DNA of 62,347 nt, the filler included, from Perkinsus olseni (Eukaryota), in assembly GCA_013115125.1 (NCBI GenBank). It is 2 parts of 2 records of this genome, joined end to end, with 100 filler letters (N's around TTAATTAATTAA, not from the genome) between each part and the next. Parts side by side here need not be neighbours in the genome. Positions count along the whole stretch, not along the records: positions 1 to 31,135 come from JABANN010000415.1; 1 more part is not named here. The stretch is one strand, 5' to 3'. Below are positions 1-10,300 of this stretch, piece after piece. Within the stretch, counting starts at the first letter, position 1; every line of letters starts with the position of its first letter. Below the pieces are notes generated by a model. It saw only the letters and a list, made by a program, of their open reading frames with translations, was not told where the DNA came from and did not search any database. The position numbers were made by a program, and so were the translations under genes.

Positions 1-75
1 ATCTCTGCTGCCGCTTCCGACAATGGCATGAGTAATACGGAGGGAAAGAAAGTTGAGGGACAACCTCACGACTGA
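1..75 (+). CDS. possible 3' end of an upstream gene (fragment)
   Basis: Open frame from base 1, ISAAASDNGMSNTEGKKVEGQPHD, ending TGA; no homology recognised. Confidence 0.3.
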   Translation: MSAAASDNGMSNTEGKKVEGQPHD

Positions 76-1399
76 TAACGTGACGCACTGACGTACCCCG
101 GTCACATGTCCTCCCCTTTCAGCCTTATCCCATATTGAATCAACTTAGCCTCTTCAGCCAAGGAACACAAGAGCGTTCGCGCTCGCCCGAAACGACAACA
201 TCATCTCCTGTGCGCTGCTATTTCACCTTCCGTACCTAAACGGTACTCCTCAGGACCGCTTCCAGGCTCTCAGCTCATATCCCATTGGTGATCCCCTCTT
301 AGCGCTTCGCTCCCTGCCGAGCAGCTCGGCCCGAGCTGGCAGGCCGTGTCCGACCCCGACGGTCGTGCAAGATTCGGACTCGGTATCGTACGCCTTGACG
401 TGGACTGCCGACCACGCTGTCGACATCACAGGAACTTGCTAAGCTTTGATAGAGAATTCGTGTACACTATCCAGTACATGCGGCTGAACCCCCAGAAGTT
501 TAGTCCTGTTGGGCCAACAGCTTACGTGGGCAACAGAGCTTACGTGCCAACAGTTGGCACGTAAGCTCACTGAAGAGTTCTCCTAATCTCTGTCTAATGA
601 AGATCGGGTCCGAGCAGTGTAACGGGGGTATCTCGAATCGAGATCGAGAATCTCGATGACAAGGTAAATATTGCAGAAGCTAGTCGCAGTTGACCATCGA
701 CAGTTTCGCGATGATTCACTTGAGCGCAGCACGAGGCGATATTACGACGTGGGCTGTGCGCGCCTGCGACACGACAACCGGCAGATACCAACTAGACTAG
801 CACAGTTTCATGAAGTATGTTGATGTTGAATGAACAAATGTATAGGTGGGCCAGAGCTTAACGTGAATTGCAGCGCCGAACCTGATTCCACTAATCGTAC
901 ACCTCATGAGTTCCTAGCGGTTACCAGTATCGAGAGATTGGCATGCTTCTCCTCGGTAGTTCTTTTCTTCACCATGATCTCGAGAATTTCCAAGGTCTTC
1001 TCTACAGTACTTATCCTAGTGCTTGGCCAACGGGGTGATAAAAGGCCTCTGAGGCCTGGCCTCATGTTGGCACTGGCATACCGCATTCTTCACTGTTCAG
1101 CATTTTATCATACTATGCATAATTTGCGTCCTTATGCGGACCACCGTCGTAGAGTTTTAATCGCACTGCCGGAGCGTAGCAATTTCTCGTCCATCAGGTT
1201 TCCGGGTTAGATACTCTGAGGGAAGGTTCAGAAGACAAGAATTTGACTGCACATTTAGAAGCAAGAGTTCTCAACCCGCCCGTGGTGATTCGGCCCGTCG
1301 GCGATCCTATTGCTCTGATAGCAGCTGTGTGAGTTGGGGTTATCAAGCTGCCTCGCTTCAGCGTTGCTTATCTTAGTTATAATGTTGAAACTGATGATT

Positions 1400-4300
1400 G
1401 GGAGGCGACTAAGGCAGACGTCACCGGTCGACTTGCAGTTTCCCTCGATCGTGGAGGTGAGTTGCAATCACCGTTCTCCGTGGTATGAGACCAGAAGTGA
1501 ACCGCTCAGCAGAACTGAATCGCTGTCAACCTATGAGGTCGTTCCTGGCTGCTGGAGCATTGATTCCGGGGACCACATGAATTCGCCTCGCGACCATTCC
1601 CCATTGATTCAAGTCACCAATGCCTGTGGCAGTGACGTTCTCAGCGCCTTAGCTTGACAAGTGCTTCAAGTAATGTACGCTCGTGATGAGACCCTGGCCT
1701 TGAACGAACCCTATCTAGCGAAGGGTGTAGCGAGAATAGTTTACTCAATGCTTGGTCATCGCTTTGAAGGTCCGATTGAAGAAGCTCGGAAAATCCTGTC
1801 ATTCGACACCGTCGTGGATTTGCGGATGGACGGAACCTGCGAAGAGTAGGTCGACACTTCTTGGCGAATCATCGCTGCCTACTGTTGGTTCTTATAGATA
1901 CTTTCAAAGCCGCTCAGGTAAAGGTATACAGTAGCGTACGACAGATACACTCATCAGTTTTCAGCTTCGAGTGCCTCGATTACACCGAGCATTCATCCGA
2001 ATGTGACATCTAACGCAACGATATGGAATAGCACCGATTCCGGTAGGCGGCCTCCTGCTCCTCAAGATTCGTTGATTTCGTTTTGCGAATAGCAGCTCTT
2101 CGAGAGCTCTCGAGTGGCCCGTCAGAACAGTCTATGTTTGAGCAGAAGATTTAAGATGGTCCAGAATGCGAATGAATTCCGTGTCAAGAGAACTTCTTTT
2201 TCTTTCGTGGTGGTGAGAAATCGTCATCGAGAATCCCGTTGATCCAATATGATTGGTGTTAAGGACGTTCGCCGAGAGTAGGAAGATGCGCTGTTGCAAT
2301 CGAAGAGCGTAGTTTCTCAGGCAACACCACGATAAGTTTGCACAATTCAACTTTGACGACTCCCACGAATGCAACAACGGCAAACATGAGCACTTTCACG
2401 AACATTTCATCGTGGGTAGCGATGAATAGCAGCGTGCAGCCGCTTGTTAACTTCACCCGGCCGGCGGCAAATATATCATCAAACTCAACGAATTCGTCGG
2501 CGCGGAACGCAAGTTCTGGAACCAACTCCGTTGAGTCCCCGACAGAAAGTGAGTGATGACTAAGTGGTCCGACGAGCAGCATTGTGATGCCATCTGCAGT
2601 GATAATACCGACACAATTGCCTGGCGAGGAACGAGCGAACCCAGCATGGCTGCCGGAATGGCGCAACAACGCTCATTTGAGGTGAAGTCTCCGATTTCGA
2701 GCGAGCCCTTTCCTCGCCCAATCGAATGAATGATAGCAGTGTCTTCCGCATCCTTTCCTAAATGCTATGAGAGTGTGCGAGCTCTACGAGTTGGAGCGAC
2801 GCAGCCAACAGATCCTCTGCCACAAAGGGACCCCGAACTTAATCTCGTTCTCGAGGGAGATTCTCCGTTGTGGACACGCTTTCGGAGAGCAGATAGCTTG
2901 CTTTCGCGAGTATCGCCAGTATCCTTGGGAGGCAACCCTCCGAAGAACTGGCGTTTGAGTTTAACGGAGATGTCTTTTGTGAATTCCAGCGGGCAAATTG
3001 CCCACGTTGATTCTCAGGACCATCGCAGACACGGTGCAAGTTTGCGTCTCGCGGACAAACACGAGCATCATATTCGACGGTCATGTAGGATTCCGCGACA
3101 CGACGCGCTACCTCGAACCGCATTCGTTCGCCATCAACGGACGCCGTTTGAGGCAACGGATTGTCTTAGATACTCCCGGCTAGCTATATAACTGGGCTCA
3201 GAGATGCTGAGAATACGTAAGCTAGTGGAATGTTCGGGGTTTAGGAAAGTCTACAATCGGGGTGGTGATCCTTCGATCTTTGCTCTGCCCTTTGATCCGA
3301 GACCATTGGTCTCAGACCAAGCCTTGGTCACCAAGGAGATCTCGACCGGAGGCAACGTTCGGTTTGTTGAAAGAGATCTTAGAACTCATCCCATCGTAGA
3401 CTGTCCACTGTCGCTGCGCTGAGGTGGCTGCGTGGTTTCTACTCTGAAGTTCCTCGAACAAGTGCACTGACCCATCACAATGTGATGATCACATAGATTT
3501 CTTAGGGTAGCTATAGAGCTCTTATCCTATAGCTATTGCCCTCCACAAGCTGATCGTCATATGTCGTTTGTGCAGTCTCTTCTACTCTAGTTGTTAAGTA
3601 GAATAGTATAGAAGGGGAGGTCAGAGTTGGCGTGCGATGAATATGTAAGGTTAAACTCACATTTTTTGTTTAACCCTGCATAGCGCTTGGTGACTAGTAT
3701 GACTTTGAAGTGCGGATCGAACTGGTGAGTGCACTGTGCGATTGTCACTCCTGAAAAGCTCAGGTACCTTTACGGCAGCGAAACAGTACCCTTGCTTTGG
3801 TGGGTGGTTGGACGAGAATACTACCGAAGCTTAGTGCTACTCCACGAGCGTTGGCGAGACTTCCGGAATGAGAGTCTCAATTTCCCCAATGTCGGTCGAC
3901 GCCCGGGAAACTTCGTCGACTCTGCGTCTGATCTTGGACCCGGAGATATTGAACCGAATTTTGAGCCGCCTGACTGGTTCAAGAGTGCCAATCTTCTAAC
4001 TACACCGTTCACTCTCTCCATCTCAGTATCAAGCGGCTGAGGTCGAGCCTCCAGTGCTGTACAAGGAGATGGAGTGGTTTGCCGGCATCAGCTCCAATAT
4101 CACGATCCCCGTCTGCGATCCAGTCATTTATGAGGTCAGCCGAACGTAGACCGACTATAGCACACTAGGATAGCTGACCACTGCTAAGCGCACCCGCCGT
4201 TGAGCTCTCGAAACGTTGGATTTCCTTTCCAACAGGTGAAAGGATGCTTCGAGTTCACGCATACGCTCTACAGCCACTCCAATCTGACGTGAGAATCTTG

Positions 4301-7300
4301 GCCCTCGCGCTTTGGGACGCTTCAGTTTCAGCGAATACGCCGTGCGATATCATCTCGAGAGGTGGCCTCTGTACCTTGCGTCCCGAGCTTCTGACGATCA
4401 GCTCAAGTTCAATCTCACTACACCACCTATAACCGAGGAGTGGCCTAGGTGGGTGCATCAAACGAATGAATGGGGCATACTCCTGCCGACTAAGTCCTTT
4501 GTGAGGATGCGCCTCTCAGAGAGGCCCTCTCTTGCAGACACTACTTAATCTGCGAACGAATGATGTAAGTGAGAACGTTTATGAGAGTACATTGCCTCAG
4601 GGTGACTTGGTTGCTTCCGTCGACACCGTCAGAGGATCCATGGGAGTTCAGGAGGTATCGAGTCTCGCGACCGAGCCATAGAATGTTATTTGGCTCTCCA
4701 GTTTCCCTCATGAGGCCTGGCGCAAGCACGACCCGGAGTGCGTTGGTGCGATCGCATGTGATAGGATAAATATCGCGCCGAGCGCGAGATTCGCCCACAC
4801 GGCCGTCTTGTATAAGTGAGTTGAAAGCCAGGCTCGGGTGCACCAATGTCCTGCAAAATAAAAAAATATTTTTCCGCAAGAAGTTTGCGCAAAATACTCG
4901 CAAAATGCGCAAAATAACCGTAAAATACGAAAATTTTTCCTGTCGCCTCTACCGACGCGACTGAGAAGATCCGAGTGCTACTAGGACGATGCAGGTGATC
5001 ATGGAAGGAGCAGGCAACGCTACGCTTATCGCGAGGCATCACAAGCACCCGTAGCCCGCATAAACAACTTCCGAACCATATGCCACGCATCGCACTCGCC
5101 GAGCTGCGCATGAACCTAGCGCGCGCCCACCTGATCGATGGCAATTTGCATCGGTTCGCATAGCAAGGCCTACCGTGAGGGAAACAAGTGTACAGCGGTA
5201 TTACCGCCGTTGATACAACTGTCAATCACGCTTACGGGCGAAGGTGATGATCTGTAGGCACTCGGCCTACTTGTGTACGCTCAAGGCTCGAATTTTAGGC
5301 TTTTTTGGCAATTTTCGTATTTTTCCTATTTTTCGCCTATTATTTTTCTTGCCGCAAACTGCAAAATTGCAGATGGACAATGTCCAAATTTGGACAGTGG
5401 TTCACCCTGGCCAGGCTGCAGTGGCTCCGAACTACTGGTCTGACTAGGACGAGAATTGGGATGAAAGTATTTTCCTCAGGAGCTGGAATTTCGAGAGGGA
5501 CGTCAAAGAACATCCAACGCTTTGCAAATCGGTCGCAGGGGCGGGTGCACGGACATGCGGTCCAGAGTGCATCGAAGACACCTCTTGCATGGCGCCAGCG
5601 GGGATGGAAGATTCGTGGACCAACGCTAGGTGAGAAATCCCTACAACTTCGAAATTGAATAGACGAATGAACGGGCAGCAAGGGAGTGTCGGTATTCGAG
5701 AAACCATTATCGCTGGCATATACCTCACTGTGAATCGTCAACTTAGCACATCGGCAAGAATCTAAGTAAGCCGAAACCGGCATTGGACTATGAACTCGAA
5801 CACAGCCCACTGTACACTACATCGTTGTTACAGCAGAATGCAACATGCGTAGATTGGGCTCATACTGATTGTGATAGAGCGGAAAGAGCGAGAAGCAATG
5901 AAAAGAAATTGAGTCGGTAGCGGGAGGCTAGTGAACACACAGCACAATTGTGTTATGTGTGCGGTGCTGCTATGCTGACGGAGTTCAGCTCAAGCTCCTG
6001 AAGAAGCTTGATCTTTTGCATGCCTTACAATCCAATGATAGAATCACCGGAGAAAGTGAATCGCATCTGAAGTGGAAGAGTATTGCGAAGTCGCTTCTGA
6101 GATCTAGTACTGTACTAAGTCTTGCTAAGTCGCGGTACTGTGATAGAATTCCCAAGATTCTCTAATCGAGAATGTTGCTCGAATTCACAAGTCGTTCCAC
6201 TAGCACTCATGGAACGTCGTGAAATGTGCCATATAGGGACGTCAGGAAGGGCGCCTCCCTCTCTCGTGGCTATCGGAATCCCTGCTCTGACTCCTGCCGC
6301 GCCTAGATACTTCGACACGGCCCAGCCCGAATTCTGGTCATTGCCGTACTTCGAGATGGACGACGGCGAGTCTTTTCCTATGTTTGACCACCACGATATC
6401 GAATGCCCACCTTACTGTTGTGGAGAGGTAAGCCCTACGACCGGGTAGAGCCTACTTACTTCCAAGCTTGCTGCTGACTCAATAGTGTTGAGATTCAAGC
6501 CCCTTTCTCTGACCTTTCGTGCCTTGCTCAGCGTCGTATGTGCCTGAGAACGCATGATGAGCATGGAAAGAAGATACCCTTCGATCGGCCGTAAGAGGTG
6601 AAATCGCGTCTGCTTGATAGTTCAGCATAATATGGTGTATTAGACGCATCAAAGTAGCTCCTCGATGAGGATGATGTGAACTAGATATCAGCACTGCTTC
6701 ATGAATATCGTTGTCTGATCGACGTATGAATCGCCCTTAGTCAGGGTCTCGACGAGAAGGATTTGAATAGTTCGAACTTTCCCTTGGAGAGCTCGATCCG
6801 ATTCGGGGTCTGACTGGGGAAGCTTCCCAGTAAGACCCCGATTCGGATCGCTAAGCGATCACCGCTTGATTGAGAGTTGAAAACCCATCCTCCCGTGATG
6901 ATCTCGAGAAGGAGTTTCCATCATTGCGGACAGAAAAGGCGCGAAGGCATCTGCGCTTTCTCTCTCGTGACCGACAGGGATACGACCGCTGTGAAGATAC
7001 CTGCTAGTCTTCGGCGGGCGCACTTTCGAGAACAGAGAATACAAGGGGAAAAGTATGTACAATCACTGCGAGGAAATTCTCATGAAAGAGGCCAACATCG
7101 ACGAGGAGCTCCGCGGATGCCTTGAGTCAGGCTCTGTAGCGCGCAAGATGCTGCAGATTGCATGGCGTCCTCCACAGGTATCAGAGTGAAGAGCTTTGGA
7201 GATATGACCTCATGGAGAACCAGTGGGACTTTATCAAACCTCTGGTGAGCTGGGGAAACACAAAGATACGCCACGGTTCACATATCTGCCCTTCGCTGTC

Positions 7301-10300
7301 TTCCTTGTCCCTGAGATTTTGACTGCACAAATCGATCGGCAGAGCCTGGTTGTTCACTGAGGCCGCCAGTGAGCTTGACTATCCTGACGAGATTAAATAC
7401 TCTGATAATTTAGCTCCTGGCCACGCCGTCCTCGCCTTTTTAGTCGTCGGTTGACGATTCATCTGGAGAGGAGGTCGGTGTCCCTCACGGAAGATACGGC
7501 CATTCGGCGGCGATGGTCATCTTGGATGCTGTCGTTGACCCTGACAATGTCCGCCGACAGTAAGTGTAGAGGACCTTCTTGGCGACCCGCTGGGTGGGGG
7601 ACTTTTCCAGCTAAAAACACGGATACGTACGAATCGAGTCTAATTGCACAGTCGACACGATCGCTCTCTCATCGTAGCTTACGATGACAGTCCGGCTCAT
7701 TTCCCATATTGCGTTATTGGCCTTGGCGACTCGCTATTCTGCTAGACTTCCGCGGCCACCCTCTGCGTAATTGAGCGTCGGTATCGAGTGGTCGTTTCGG
7801 AATGTATTTGGCGGCCTAGGTATATGTACATCTACGGTGGTATGAGCATGAACTGTCTCAATGGCCTCTGTAGCGATATGTGGAGAATCGAGGTCCCATG
7901 GGCCCCTACAGCGTGGGTCCCGGCGATAAGGCGCCCTGATAATGAAGATTGAATGCTAGATACTGGCCAACGATGACGCCACTCAGTGAGTGGCGAAGTA
8001 GACGTCCTTCTCGATGGGTGAGAATGAAAGATTGCAAGTATGGTGGCAGGTAGCAACGTGGAGCATCCGGATTGACCGAATTACGCCTGCGCCAGATTCC
8101 GGCATGGCATGGAAGCAGCCCCCTCGGGAGACTTGATATTCGTTTTTGGTGGCAATGTTGTTGGGAAATGGGAGAACTCTTTGCTGGTGTAGGTGAAGTG
8201 CCGTGGAACTCACCTTGCCGGGTGACCACGTGATCGTGTAATCACTCACACGGCAACAGCAATTCTGATAAGAGGCTCTTGCGGCTCTTATTGAGAGCCG
8301 TAGTATTAAGCATCACTACAGGAACAAGGGCAGCCAGCGCTAGAAGCCACGTGGATTGTGTGGCCACGTTATCACAGATAGGGAGATGAGACGACACTTC
8401 TCCGCTGAGAAGCTGCCATCATCCCAGTCCATTGCTAGAGCCCAAGTAAAGGCGCGCTGGATGTGCTAAACGCTAAGAGCCTGGAAGCTGAAGGCACCCT
8501 TACTAAACTTGCGAGATGCCGAAGATAGTTGTGAATCGGGAAATGCGGACTAGGCTCGAATAAATGGAAGTTTTTGTGCGTCCGAGTTTTTTCGTCGAGA
8601 TACCGAACATCGTCTGACTCGTGGGAGGTTGAAGAGACCCGAGGGTATCGATACTTCACTCGGAGCGCTATAGATTATCTGGGAAATCAACAGACAACTG
8701 TGGTGAGAAGTATCTTGACGACCAGCGACCTCTTTGTCTAGAATGCCCCCAATCGGTATCGTGACCCTCTCAACTCAGCATCTTCGCTCTAGGTACCGGA
8801 TCTGTCTAAATTCCGAGAAGATAAGCCCGAAATGGATACTTATGGGCCGCAGGGCACACGAGAAGGAACCGCCGATTTGGGTTAGTTGAACTAACCTAGA
8901 ACTAACTTAGTTCCCATACTCGGGAAATCGACCGGATTGCAGCGCCTTTCTCAGGCAGTTCTAACTTGGGAAGTGTGAGCGAGGGAAGTTATCCCTCGCA
9001 GCAAGCAGTGGAACGGGGTCGGACCTCTCCTCAGGCTTTGATTCCCACGCTCTTCCTCAGGTGACTTCGCGATGTGTACAGTACAGAATCCCCCAGACGA
9101 CGGCGATGATGATGATGACCGGGTGGCGCTCAGCGATTTAATCGTGAGCCCGAAGCACCGCTCCGCTACTCATTCCTTGTCAAGGCCCAAGTATATACTC
9201 AGGTGATTGGCGGCTTCAGGACGTACGAGTCTCCGTATCCGAACGAGAATGCTTCTCTCAATCCGTACCCTACCTATCCGTAAGACCAGGGGTTTGCCGT
9301 GGGTCTGCGGACAGTACCCGATAGGTATTACTTGGACGATCTCTGGTACTATAGCACGTCCGGTCTCTTGTGGAGGGAAGTGTTCACAGCGGAGAAGAGA
9401 CCAACGCCACGAGTAATGATTAGCGTCAGGGCTCACGGTGACGCTAGCGTCCTTCGTGAGTGCTTTCTGTCCATTTCCGATGCCCGTGGATCCCGGTAAG
9501 CAAAAGTAGTTCTCTTTCCGTGATGGAACCCGTCCGACACTCTGCTCGTCTGAGTCCCCAGAATCGTACAATCCCTGGCGGAAGATGTATCGAGCCACAT
9601 GCCCTCGCAGCGGCCCGTATCCAATAACATTATTCGTACGGGGAAGCCTCACACATCAGTCCCGCAGGCAAAAACGGCATTGGCGGGCCCAAGTGAGACT
9701 TTCAGGTCAGACGCGGAGCGGCTGCAGTCACTCTGAGGGACCAGACAGGAGACGCTCAGCTGCTCATGATCGGAGGAAGGCATCATGACGATCTCTTCGA
9801 GGATATGTGGGTGAGTAAATGGCAGTGCTAAGTGCAGCATAACGTCGGGCGGCGGTCTCGGTCCATAGCGAGCGACGAGGATCGTCGTGACACGGAAATG
9901 AAGTCTGCCTTAAACGCAGCTTCACGCTCTACTCAGCAACACTCAGATTCTGGACGTCCAACGCTCTCCTAGAGGGGCGAGGCAGTGGAGCAGAATTGAC
10001 GGAACGATACGAGGACGGAAGCCACCACCAGCAGCTTATCATACGTAGGACATGCAACTGCGTTATGCAGTATCCAGCACACAAATTCTGTCCCGAAATT
10101 TCATATGTGTCTGTCCCTACATATCCTAGCTTGGCGCGGATTCTCGGTGAGAAATTCTCACTACCAAATTGGTAGTGAAAATTTCTCACCGAGAATCCGC
10201 GTAGTACCAATCCCGCTACTCATTCCTAGTAGAACTATTCTGCATTCTTGTGTTGTGACACCGTAGTTAAGACGCATGTTTCTTCGGATGACGTAGTTGA

